A DNA stretch of 63,779 nucleotides, counting the filler, from Octopus bimaculoides (Eukaryota), in NCBI RefSeq assembly GCF_001194135.2. It is 7 parts of 7 records of this genome, joined end to end, with 100 filler letters (N's around TTAATTAATTAA, not from the genome) between each part and the next. Parts side by side here need not be neighbours in the genome. Positions count along the whole stretch, not along the records: positions 1 to 23,052 come from NC_068998.1; 6 more parts are not named here. One strand, given 5' to 3'. Numbering within the stretch: the first letter of the stretch is position 1; every line of letters begins with the position of its first letter. Below the pieces are notes generated by a model. It searched no databases, had not been told where the DNA came from, and saw only the letters and a list, made by a program, of their open reading frames with translations. The translations under genes were made by a program, and so were the position numbers. Of this stretch, positions 1-11,429 are shown piece after piece.

Positions 1-96
1 GTAGGGAGATTTTAAAAGTAGTTATCGAAAAAAATATACAAAAACATTCTGAGAGAAGATTGTGAGGTGAAGAACAACCAACTTTCGAACAGTAAG

Positions 97-99
<3 letters not shown>

Positions 100-142
<43 letters not shown>
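100..142. repeat. (CT)n microsatellite
   Basis: Perfect CT dinucleotide run. Confidence 0.95.
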
Positions 143-144
<2 letters not shown>

Positions 145-191
145 TCCTTTCCTTTTCCTTTCGTGCGTAAAGCACATCGTTCGATAGGAAC

Positions 192-495
192 ATGTTTAGA
201 ATAGGTTGTATAAATTCCGAGGCTTGGGGTCGCCTTGGAAACAAGGCTAACTATTAAATGACATCAAATTACAGAATGTGGCATCATAGCCATCAGAGAG
301 ACCAAACACCACAACACGTGGCCCCCAGCACACGTTCGGCGGACAATTAGACATTTATTTTTCAAGTACCACTTGAAAAGGGAGGTAAGAATACAGAGGC
401 AACTTTTGTCTCATGAAAGTTTCAATAAAAAGTGGGTGAATATAGCAAAGATGGTACGCATGAATGATGAATTGATTACCGGGTTACGGTAGTAC
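192..495 (+). mobile_element. Internally deleted Tx1/L1-like LINE ORF2 remnant (APE endonuclease N-terminus joined to ORF2 C-terminus)
   Basis: With two frameshifts, 192-310 reads MFRIGCINS-RGLGSPWKQG*LLNDIKLQNVGIIAIRETK (GCIN..GL and ET motifs of APE domains), homologous to 12155-12290. 361-490 reads FKYHLKREVRIQRQLLSHESFNKKWVNIAKMVRMN, resembling Tx1-type ORF2 ends. Confidence 0.6.
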
Positions 496-2158
496 TCTGC
501 CCTACACGCAATTGCCCAGCATGGGGAGGAAGCTTTCAAAAGCAAGATATATAATCCGAAAACGGAACGTTGATGACTACATCTAGCAGATTATTGAAAA
601 CGATTTAAAGGAATTCAGTTTAGCAAAATCTGTAGTGCATCCGTGTAAAATGTCTTTCAGGAATTATTTGTTTATTGCTTAAATCACAATTTTCAGTTTC
701 TACTACACCACTATACGATACATTAACATAAATTTATATAATTATACCTCACTATTTGATTGTTAGATTTTTGTCATTTACTGCCGGAAGGATGAAAGCC
801 AAACTGACCTTGGCAAGATACGAGCGCAGATGTTTAAATGCTGTAACTGAATACCCCAGGCATTTTGCGTGACGCTTTATCTGGTTCTGTTAATTTGGTA
901 ATATAATTACCATTAATTCACTGTTAGCGAATTCGTCAACAATGTTTTCACATCTTCTCGAAGTAACTATGTAACTTATAGAAGTAGATAATCATTACCT
1001 TAATTTAGACCTTGTTTTAAAAGTGTACGCTTAACACTTTTGCACGTTTAGTTAAATAGATTCGAATAAATAGCGTTACAATTAATTAATACGATAACTT
1101 TTGATCACAATATAATTGTTTCTAACAAATTCTTAACTGCAATATATTAATGACTCATAGTTTTAGTACATGAATTCTGATATTATGAGAAATGCCTTAT
1201 AATATAGAAAGTTTTATTTAACCATAACGCATGAAATTCACTGCATCACAATATGATAATTTCTATTGCATTGCAACATATACGGTTCCGCCGCAACACA
1301 ACACATACAATTCCATCCATTGTCTCATTTAGGCAGCCAGAAGTACTGGGCAATCTACTCGAAATTATGCATTACTAGTTTCAAATGTCAGTATACATTG
1401 CATAGAGTAGTTGCAGATATCCATAAAATCTAAATGAAAAGATAGAATGGAGATTAGAATTGCTTCGATTTTAGATGTATTTTATTTTGGTTGAGCAGAG
1501 TTTATAACCCAAACTCAAGCCTGTCTTACGTTTTTGGTTAGATAAAAAAGACAAAAAAACAAATACACACAAGCAAAAAATTTGTATTTAAAATCAATGA
1601 AACGATCAAGAAAGGGAAAGAAATTCAAACATGTCCCTAAATGCTATATAATAATTCCAACTTTATGTGTGGTGATTTCGAATTTTCATGTCACCTCATT
1701 AATCGTTACAAAATAGATGTTCTCAATAGTTTAATAACTATTAAATCGCCTGCACTCTTCCACACAGCGAATGTCCTTCTCTCTTAGACAATGCATGAGA
1801 ATATAAAGTAAACAATTGTGTCTACTTTTATAACCTGATACTTTATACTTTAGAAGAACTGTTATATTGTTTGTTTTCAATTGACTATTATATTAAACTA
1901 CAATAGTTATTATATATTCTGCTATCACTAACTATCCGTTAAAAGCGAGACGCCACACTAAATAATAAATCAATTCTTCTTCCTATAATTTAATCTCATC
2001 ATATTTCTATGGACTAAGTGTTTGGGTTTAAAATAGTGAGCACCCTTTAAAAAATTCGGAAACTAAGGAATTTAAACATTACATTTAAACATGTACTTCT
2101 CATATGATATGCTACGAAAGCCTTCTCGTATAATTATTATCAAAACTAGATAATTTTG

Positions 2159-3011
2159 GGATCTATTCCATCTCAATCACAGATTTTAAGAATTATTTTT
2201 TAAAAATTCAACAGTTTGAAACTTCGAATACTGGTAGAATGTTTCGCGTAGAACACGGTTAACTCAGAACGTTTTTGACAAAATACCGTATTTTAAAAGT
2301 TATTTCGTGTTAAAGTTGTTGTATTAGGGTAATTTCAACCAATCAACGACGTGTTTTCGGTTGAAGAATGCTACTGCTCTTTGCGATAGTAATCGAGGAG
2401 GAACAACTTTTGGGTCATCTCTACTGAATGTCAACGTTCTCTTCGTACGGCGAGCGAAGATGTTGTCACCGTTATCACTGCATCTACAATTACCGTAGTT
2501 TCGGGTATATAAATCGGTATTTGTTTTGTTTTACCTTCATGTTTTGATAATGTTGTTTTTTTTTTATCTAATAAAGACTTTTATAATGACGAAATGTGTT
2601 TGTTGTTGATTATAGTAGGATAAAATCATGACAATAACAATACATCGCATAGCTGTAAAGCAAGGAATTTTGAAACTATCTAGCTGTCAACAACAAAAAA
2701 GCTAGCTGCAGACCCGTTGCTCTATGGTGTTGATTCTTCGAAAAGTGTGGTGAAATTTAGTAGAGATGACTCGGATGCTGTTCCTCTTCGATTACTATCG
2801 CGAACAGCAGTAGCTTTCTTCAACCGAATACTCGTCGCTGATTGGTTGCAATTACCCTCATACGACAACTTTAACACGAAATAACTTCTAAAATACGAAA
2901 TTTTGACAAAAACGTTCAGAGTAAACCGTTTTCTCCCAGTATTCGAAGTTTCAAACTGTTTAGTTAAAAAACAAATAACTAAAAAATCTGTGATTGAGAT
3001 GGAATAGATCC
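2159..3011. mobile_element. Element with about 270-bp imperfect inverted arms (MITE/foldback-like)
   Basis: 2159-2433 is the reverse complement of about 2751-3011, e.g. ggatctattccatctcaatcacagatttt / aaaatctgtgattgagatggaatagatcc and gtcatctctact / agtagagatgac. The spacer is about 320 bp and non-coding. Confidence 0.8.
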
Positions 3012-4416
3012 TAATTTTGTTTACGACCGATTCCTAAAAGATGACATTATTCTCATTTTGAATAACATTCGTTATTCTCCTCCGGCAGGGAAACACCACA
3101 TAAAAAGCTTTCATTACCAAAATATAAAGAAACTTTTGAAAGATATTAATAAAGCATCGTATTAGTATGCTAGAATTATCTTAACTTTTTATAACTCCTG
3201 GAAACTTCGGGTGCTCAAACAAGATCATATCTGATAGAGTACGCTTATGATAAAAAGTATTCAAGCTGCTTCAAGACCGTTGTTATTGTTGCTTCATCCA
3301 ACGCGTCCGAATCCCGTAACAGAAAATTGTTATTGTTTACAGATAAACAGCATAAAGGTTTCGTTATCTTCGTTTTCGGTTTGAGATTACATCTAAAATA
3401 TATGTATAAAAAGCGCAATTAGCTTAGACATGTAGAACTATATTTAAGAATCCTCGTTGGGGCAGATCTTAAATACATATTCACTGCAGCTGCTCTTACG
3501 AGGTATTTTTCTTAGTTCCTATCCTTCCTGCCGTAGTACCTTGGATATGGTGAAGATACCCACCTGTCACTTGTTCCATATACTTATCAATAAATAGATT
3601 CAGTATAGAGTAATAAGCGATACACTAATTATGAAATATACCACTATTTCTCATTGGGATATATTTTGATGCAACAAGTTAAGAGGAAAATTAGAAAAAG
3701 AAAAAAGAGAAAAAATCCGATTATGCACGCATCAACGTTAGGATTTCTAGCTTTGTGACAAAGCCAAAACGTGTATGAGAAATGTATGTTGATTAAATCT
3801 AAATCAAAATAATTGGTTATCACGTTGTGAGAGTTGGAAAATAAAAATGGAATCGTAAAACGTTTTCATTAATTCCGAATCCCTGTTGATTAACATTGTG
3901 TTTTGTTAATATTCAAATGTTAATGACATGGAATATAGTGATGTCAGTTTAATTTATTGCAGTGTATGATTAGTGGTTATCGAAAATATATAGACGTTAA
4001 ATTGAAGCGCAAATTTGTCTTATTTGAACATATAAACAAAAGCAAATACTCTTATTCATTTGAATTTTCTCTTAGTATATTTTACTAGCAATCCATCCAC
4101 ACATGATTTTGTCACAGACGATAAATCGAATCTATACTAATATGTCTCGTATCATTTGTTCTAGGAGTAAGAATGGACAAGTCAACTCAGATGGGATTTG
4201 AACTCAGACATTAATAAAGATTAAGAAAGCAATAGGGGCAGACCTATACATTTTCCTATTCAGCACATTCTCCATAAATTTAAAGCCGTACTTCCCTGTT
4301 TTCTTTTACCAGCATCTTAGTTTTGTAAGAGATACGAGTGTGAATTTCTAGTTGAAGAAGTAATTTCGTTTTCTGAATGTATCAAATGCTTTCAGAAAAG
4401 GATCACATGTTTCCAT

Positions 4417-4431
4417 TACACACACGCACAC

Positions 4432-4467
<36 letters not shown>

Positions 4468-4552
4468 NNNNNNNNNNNNNNNNNNNNNNNNNNNNNNNNN
4501 NNNNNNNNNNNNNNNNNNNNNNNNNNNNNNNNNNNNNNNNNNNNNNNNNNNN

Positions 4553-4598
<46 letters not shown>
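4417..4598. repeat. (CA)n microsatellite spanning an assembly gap
   Basis: CA runs on both sides of an N gap. Confidence 0.9.
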
Positions 4599-4601
<3 letters not shown>

Positions 4602-4678
4602 ACAGTAAAGTCTGAAATGGATTGACATAAATTTCTTTTGTGATCAGTCCTTTTTTTTCCGATCAAAAGCTAAACAAC

Positions 4679-4945
4679 ATACAAGACACGGCCTGTTGCC
4701 ATAGTAATGAAGCTAAATCACGCAGAGGGAAGCCGCTCTCTTGGCACAAATCGACCTTGAATTCTGCGGTGCATGTGCACTATGGTTTAACGTTTCATTT
4801 CTCTTCCGCTGTTTACAGCAGTGCTTAGAAGGATGGTATGTAGCGTGTGATCATCACATTGACCATGAAAGAAAAAAAGTTGAGCAGGGAATCTGCATCA
4901 AGTTTTGCCAAAACCTTGGCGATACCTGCTCAAAGGCCTACTCAA
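4679..4945 (+). mobile_element. Mariner 5' end fragment (subterminal region and start of transposase)
   Basis: Reads ...ERKKVEQGICIKFCQNLGDTCSKAY (EQR.CIKFC..LG motif of the mariner N-terminus); a diverged inverted copy of about 5300-5530. Confidence 0.75.
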
Positions 4946-5557
4946 ATTTTTCAAAAAGTTTTCATCATTCTCGAAACGATCAAGGAGAACTTGTGTAACT
5001 GAAACCCGAGTGTCTTTTTGGTCAGCTGAAAGTAAGTTTGGCACGAACTTGGCAGACACGCGTCTCACACAATTCTTCAGTGATAATGGACTGAACCGTA
5101 TATAATTTGCACATCTTCTGATAACTCACGGATAGTTATTCGACGATTTCCTCTCCGAACTGCCCGCACATCTGCGATATTTTCCTCAGTTCTGCAGCTT
5201 AAGCGTCTCCCAGAGCGTCCGTCAATATTGACATTTTTTCGGCCATCTTGGAGACGTCTGAATCACTCGTACCTTGTATGTACGGCTCATACATACACTT
5301 TCTGCACATTTTCATAGGCCTCTGAGCAGGTATCACTATCACAACTTTCCCTGTCATAGTCAATACGACGATCAAACTCTACACACCTTCCTTCTAAACA
5401 CTGTTGTAAGCAACGAAAGTGGGCTACAACGTTGAAACTTTGTGCGAATGCACAGCAGAGTTCAAGGTCAATTTCTGCCACGTGAGCGGTTTCACTCTGC
5501 GTGCTTAAGCTTCGCTACTATGGCAAAAGTCCGGATACTTATTGATTAGACCTCGTA
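4946..5557 (-). mobile_element. Mariner 5' half: TIR plus degenerate N-terminal transposase
   Basis: The minus strand starts TA|CGAGGTCTAATCAATAAGTATCCGGAC (TACGAGG-type TIR). Frameshifted translation gives DTCSEAY...RRLQDGRKNV..DGRSGR...RTEENIADVRAV..NRRITIRELSEDVQI...RVSAKFVPNLLSADQKDTRVSVTQVLLDRFENDENFLKN. Confidence 0.85.
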
Positions 5558-5711
5558 TATGCGGTCAACCTTACAATTGTCATCCGAGCTAAGGTAGAAA
5601 CACGTTCCACAATAAAGCTTAGAAAAGAATGTTGCTGAAATCGGAAAGATGTGGAAAAGTCATTAATGGACGAATGTTGGCAAAGGAATGCGCATATGTC
5701 AGTTCATTTGT

Positions 5712-5886
5712 GTTAAATGCGGTAACCCAGGAAAAATGTTTATTTGTATTTCGTCCGTCTTCACGTTTTTAGTTCAAATTCCGCCGAGGTCGATAAAATA
5801 AGTACCAGTTGAGCATTGGGATCCATGTAATCGACTTAACCTCTCCCCCAAAATTGCTGGACTTGTGTCAAAATTTGAAACCAATA
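5712..5886 (+). mobile_element. tRNA-derived SINE family A copy (internally deleted)
   Basis: B box gttcaaattcc, core gtcgataaaataagtaccagtt and tail aaattgctggacttgtgtcaaaatttgaaacc shared with other copies. Confidence 0.75.
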
Positions 5887-8015
5887 TACTATATGTTGTT
5901 TAAGCTTCATTCATCACACACCGTCAGATTCACTTTACATCTCTGTTGGTTGAAAATTTACGTATCGTTGGCTGAAACCAGTTAAATTCACACGGAACCA
6001 TCCCCAATAAATTTTTCTGTATGGTTCTTTAAAAATCACAAACATGTACATTATTGGAAACAGCTGATCTAGACAGTATCTGTGATTTACACTAAATAAG
6101 TTAGATATGTTTTGATTAATCTGTTTAAAAGAATAAGTAGTGGAACACTTTAGAACATGAATAATTCATTCTCACTTTCAAGTCTTTCAAAGAGGCATTA
6201 ACAAATACAAATATATTTTATTTGCTCAGATCCTCAATCCATTCAATTTTCCTGACCCACTATTCCTAGAGGGCCCTCGGCATCATCTTCACTGAAGTAA
6301 CCGTGACTAACTGATCCTATAGATATTATCAAACGATCGCGCATGTGTTCAAACCCTAGATATTCTGCGGCTGAAAAGCTTGCCAATGGAGTAAATCGTG
6401 CTGTTGTGATAGCCTTTCTTTAGAAGAAATAGAATACGAGGCGGTTGGTACCTTCGAAAATTCTCCCTAAGCGGTCACTAGTATATCTCCAAGTTAATCC
6501 TCATAGCCATTGTTAGCTTTAATTTGTTGACAGGATGAAAATATATGAAATGATGTGATGTACTCAACAAAACTATGTTTCGTCCGATCTGCAAATCGAA
6601 CACATGATCATAAGATGTGCACCCACATCCTACCCACTTGGTTACAGCATTTCGCAAAAATACGTTGGACCTAAAACGATAGAACCAATGATAAAGTATA
6701 TAGCATATAATTCAACTTGCCTTTCACACTCGCAGAATCGATAAAAATTATACCCACCGTCCTAGTAGTGGCGTCCATTCACTGAAATTATAGGATATTT
6801 CCAAAGTTAGAAACGTTTAATATATAATCCCATGCTAATTTTAGTTTTCATGTTACGTTGTCATAATGATGTAAACTTTTATTTCACTCATACGAAAAGT
6901 TTCTTGGATTTCTCCAATGTTTACTTCAATTTGTTTTTGTTTTAGAAAATTCTGACTTTTGAAGAATATAAAACATGATTGATGAAAATAATATTTTGAA
7001 AATAAATAAGAATGATTTTTTTTCTATAATTTCTTGCTATTTGCTGCAAACAAATCAAGCCTTTTTCCTTTTCTTATTTTCAATTCTAAAACTACATTTA
7101 GGAAATAACACATGGGAAATGATATGTCTGCTGTAGTAATTTTTCTTTTTCTTGGAAAAGATAGAGAATATTTATAGACCAATCAACAAATACTGCTGCT
7201 GAAAATAAAAATAAAGATAAATAAAAAGAAGCAGGAGTATGATAGTTAAATAGGAATTGTGTGCGATTGTGAATTCTGCTGGGCTTAAAAACTACGTATA
7301 AATTATTGCGGTATTGCTGCGGGAATCCTACCGCTTCTCAAAAGAACATAACAATGATTTATGTAAACAACTGAAGCTAAAGAAGCGGATTAAATTCTTT
7401 TTAATATTTAGTCTAGTCTTTCTACTCTCTGATTTCAAAATTTGCATTTGTTGCTACAACTGTTTTCATAATCAAAAATTATATTGTTGTCGAATAATTT
7501 GAAGATACTGGGGTCCATTCAAAGTTTACGTCTATAGTTTGAAAATTTGCTGAATCAATATGAATAGAAATATGTATTGATTAAGGTCATATTTTTTCTG
7601 ATTTCAGCATCAAAGAAATAGTATTTTCCCTCTATATAAGCCTGCATTGAAAGCAACATATGTAATCCTCAATTGTACTCCCGAAAAGAAATTATATCGA
7701 CACGCGGTTTCTCTCTGTTTATCAATACGCGGGCTTCCGATTTGCTTTACAGCTCCAACCAGCAGAAAAAAAGCAATAGGTATTAAAGATGGTTCATACA
7801 GTCATATCTAATAGAAAAAAGTACGCCACAGAGTATTTTTACTGCACTCCTGTATTTATATAACAACCTATCGGAGTTTGTTTTTCATTTATGAATATAA
7901 TATTGTCATTATTGTTTCTGCATTCATTGTGTATCCTGTAAAAGTGTAAATTGGATAAATAACGCAAAAAAAAAAAACCCCTAAGAAATAGTCTTTATTA
8001 ATATAATTATTCGGA

Positions 8016-8153
8016 ATACGGTGAGATGGCAGAATCGTGTTAACGCGCTGGGCGAAATATTTAGGGGATTTCGTCTGCCACTATTTTCTGAGTTCTAATT
8101 CTCTCGGGATCGATAAATTAAGTACTGGGGTCGATGGGAATCGATTTACCTCC
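8016..8153 (+). mobile_element. SINE family A copy
   Basis: Head cggtgagatggcagaatcg and core gatcgataaattaagtactggggtcgat. Confidence 0.75.
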
Positions 8154-8180
8154 TAAGCGATTACATAGGCGCCAATGTTT

Positions 8181-8323
8181 TACTGGTACTAAATTTATCG
8201 ACTTCGAAAGGATGAAAAGCAAAGTCAACCGCGGCGGAGTTTGAACTCAGAACGCAAAGATGGATGAAATACTGCTAATCCTTCCGCCCAGCGTGCTAAC
8301 AATTCTGCCAGCTCATTGCCTTA
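8181..8323 (-). mobile_element. SINE family A copy
   Basis: Reverse complement of the head, B box and ctttcatcctttcg core. Confidence 0.8.
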
Positions 8324-8336
8324 TTGATTATAATAA

Positions 8337-8552
8337 ACTTTTTCTACTAAAGGCACAAGGCCTGAAATTTTGGAGAGGGGACCAGTCGATTGCATCAACC
8401 CCAGTGTTCCACTGGTACTTAACTTATTGACCATGAAAAGATGAAAGGCGAAGTTGACCTCGGCGGAATTTGAACTCAGAACTTAGATCCGGACGAAATA
8501 CTGTCAAGTATTTCGCCAGGTGTGCTAACGATTCTGCCAGCTCACCGCCTTA
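8337..8552 (-). mobile_element. SINE family A, near full-length copy
   Basis: Minus strand taaggcggtgagctggcagaatcgttagcac...gagttcaaattccgccgaggtcaacttcgcctttcatc...ggccttgtgcc, closely similar to 45426-45640. Confidence 0.9.
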
Positions 8553-8559
8553 ATAATAA

Positions 8560-9400
8560 TTATAATGGTTTCAAAATAATTCGGTTCACCTTCACTGTTT
8601 CCATGTTTTAGATTTGCTTCGCCTTTCTTTCCGTTCGTATGTTTGTCTGTGGTGTTCTGGTTTGATGCTGTTTGCACATTATTATACATTCCTACGGCCT
8701 GGGTTTGTTGTCTTTCTTTGTTTACTTCGCTTTTGTTGGAAATGTTAAGTTTGTCTTGGTGTTTTACCTTTCCAATGCTTATGATTATATTTAGCATTGC
8801 TGTAACGTTACTATCTACATTTTCCTGATGTATTTTTCCTTTTAAGTGTTCTATTTCTATTTCTGATATTTTTTTTGGTTCGAGAATATATCTTCGTATG
8901 GTAGCTGGTTTATAAGCGTTCATTGCTGTATCCAAGTCTGTACGTAGATTATTTTTCTTCCAGATTTTATATGTATATGTTGGGGTGTTTTCGTTCTTTG
9001 GGTAGAGTACTGCTGTAAAATAAGTGTGGAGAATTGAAATATACTCCTCACGTGTCCATTTATGCTTTTATGATTTTATTTGCGGGACATGAGGAATAAT
9101 GTCCGGCTCTTTATTTTGACAGTCATCATTTTCGTAGGGTACCGATCTGTTCATTTTTGGTGTTAAATTGTTTTGCACGTGTAGTTTTTCGTACGTTTTG
9201 TGTAACAAGTTTAAAGTACGTACTTTCCGATTATTATTCTTGGATTGAATAATGCCGGTATTATTTAATTTTATTTTGTACATGGTGTTTGGGGACGGAG
9301 ATCGTCTGGTCTTGATTGGATCGTAATGTGTCGAGCGTGTTTACATGTGCTGAGAGAGCAGTTGAGATGATATACCGTTAAGATACATGATTTCATTTAG
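8560..9400 (-). mobile_element. R4/Dong-like LINE, 5' region and N-terminal ORF remnant
   Basis: One open frame reads KHKWTREEYISILHTYFTAVLYPKNENTPTYTYKIWKKNNLRTDLDTAMNAYKPATIRRYILEPKKISEIEIEHLK, matching my recollection of the KWT.EE..Y..IW..R.I..LS..E.E pattern of R4-clade N-termini. Flanked by (TAA)n tracts. Confidence 0.55.
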
Positions 9401-9412
9401 AAAATAGAAATA

Positions 9413-9473
9413 AATTATTATTATTATTATTAATAATATTATCATTATTATTATTATTGTCATCATCATCAAC

Positions 9474-9538
<65 letters not shown>

Positions 9539-9543
9539 TATTA
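9413..9543. repeat. Compound (TTA)n/(CAC)n/(CAT)n microsatellite
   Basis: Directly visible; produces the spurious poly-Met ORF. Confidence 0.95.
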
Positions 9544-9544
9544 T

Positions 9545-10985
9545 GTTATTTTAAAAGGATTGACGTAACTCTTCACAAAGGTAAACAGTCAAGACGGAGA
9601 GCGCGATTCGATTGTAATCTATATTTTATTGGTTGAACGATATTTCGACAGTATGTCTGTCTTTGTCGAGTTCAAAATAAGAAGTGATAAAAATACAAAC
9701 TTATAGAAATTTAAACATAGAGTATGAACGGGAGCAACCAGCGTCCTCACGTTAATGGAATGACATCGTCAGTCTTTAAGTTTCAGTTTTATGACAGGCG
9801 ATAAGNNNNNNNNNNNNNNNNNNNNNNNNNNNNNNNNNNNNNNNNNNNNNNNNNNNNNNNNNNNNNNNNNNNNNNNNNNNNNNNNNNNNNNNNNNNNNNN
9901 NNNNNNNNNNNNNNNNNNNNNNNNCTCCTGCCGTTTTATTCATTCCTTCAGGGCGTGAAGTCAATAACCCGCAAACATATTTCCCCTCATGCATTTTGAG
10001 AAATGAAAGCGAACCAAATTCAGAATAATTTCTGAGAATATGCACTTTCAAGTCTTTTTCAAAATTACAGCCGTTTGAAACGAAATGTTCGACAAGTTCT
10101 GTCGAACTACTGTTATTGTGCTCGATGCCGAATCTGTGCACATTAAAACTTTTATTTAATGTTCTGTTGTACAACCAGCATAAATCAAGTTGTGTTCCGT
10201 GTATTCTGCCGCGTATACTCCAATGTTGGCTTTTTTTTTTTTTTAGTCAGAAATAGAGGTCAATAATTCTCTTACATTCTTATTACGTCTAAAGGCTACA
10301 GTAGGCGGCTGAGTAGATGTCTGTTTGAAATGGAAATATTTTTTCGCCACGAGCTGGTAACTTTAATGAAACACTTGAAATGTCAGCGAAATTTCGGTGC
10401 CAGTTATCACTAAAAGAATTCCGTCATCTATTGTATTTTTTGCTAAAATCATGTGTGAAGGTTTAACTATCTTTGGTAATCTTAACTATTTCATTTGCCA
10501 TTTCTTTACTTGTGATTCACTCTAACTGCGTTTGACATAATGATGTAAAAAAGCATTTGCATGTTTCGAGTAAATCCCTTGTCATTACAAATCCGTTTTA
10601 TCCTCAAAATTTGGGGTTTCGAATTTGACCAAATAATATGTGGATAATCGGAGCGGCGGTGGAGATAAACGTGGGATGATGTGGGCTTGCAAGATACACG
10701 TGTTCTTTCTGACCGTAAAATCCTGGATTCGGCTTTATTAATGAAACTGTTTCCCTCCAATTCCCAAATTATGTTTTCAAGCTCCTCTTTGTAATTGGGG
10801 TTTGGATCGATAGGTAATTCTTCATATGAAGTTTTGTCATTTAAAACTTCTGCACAAACCGAAATATACTCACTTTTCCATTATTACGATAGCACCATTC
10901 TAATAAGAATATAATCGTTATTAGCGAGACGTCGGAATGCGTAATGTTTGGAGTTTGTGAGGTTATTCCATGATTCTTTCCACTT
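9545..10985 (-). mobile_element. Penelope-like element remnant: RT flanks, linker, GIY-YIG endonuclease and 3' pseudo-LTR
   Basis: Minus-strand peptides NGAIVIMEK, LNDKTSYEELPIDPNPNYKEEL, KPTSSHVYLHRRSDYPHII..QILRIKRICND, PPTVAFRRNKNVRELL, NIGVYAAEYTEHNLIYAGCTT(R)TLNKSFNVHR (GIY..YIG-like) and ELVEHF..DLKVHIL..EGKYVCGLLTSRPEGMNK. Confidence 0.85.
9633..9675 (-). ncRNA. Decayed minimal type I hammerhead ribozyme motif (HHR-1) in the Penelope 3' pseudo-LTR
   Basis: UUGAAC-UCGACAA-A-GACAG-ACAUA-CUGUC-GAAA-UAU-C-GUUCAA: perfect 6-bp stem I and 5-bp stem II, GAAA, palindromic AUAU stem III. The core UCGACAA deviates from CUGANGA. Confidence 0.7.
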
Positions 10986-11039
10986 GTTTTAATGCTTTAT
11001 CTAATGCTTATCTGACAAGATTTAAGAAATTCCTGTAGT

Positions 11040-11425
11040 ACTTGTGAACGTCTATGCTGAAACTTTATCTGGATACCAATTGGGATTCTTTTCAGTCCAA
11101 TTATGCCACATTCGATCATCATCATTTTTATTTTCACTAGGTATAGGGATTTCTGGTTTTCAATGTTTATCTTTGCCATCTTTCATCCTACACAGGCCTG
11201 ACCTACTTCTAATAATAGCGGTTCTATGGCATTTTTTTACATACCATGGTATGTTGTTTTCTTTTGTTCTAATGCTGTGTTCGCATCCAATAAGTCCTCT
11301 TCCTCCTCTTTTTCTTGGTACATACAGTCTGTATGTGTAAATGTTTGGGTGGAGTGTCCGATATCTAGTTATCAACTTACTTGCCTTTCTATCTAAGCTG
11401 TTTAGTTCAGCTACTGTCCATGCGA
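11040..11425 (-). mobile_element. R4/Dong-like LINE, RT C-terminal fragment
   Basis: Reads LIAWTVAELNSLDRKASKLITRYRTLHPNIYTYRLYVPRKRGGRGLIGCEH (LHP..DRLY.PR..GGRGL-type signature). Confidence 0.85.
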
Positions 11426-11429
11426 TTAG

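Noticed and set aside
7505-7800. Possible Tc1/mariner 3' end
   Set aside because: Only a vague TIR-like start and a weak peptide (YIEGKYYF); insufficient support.
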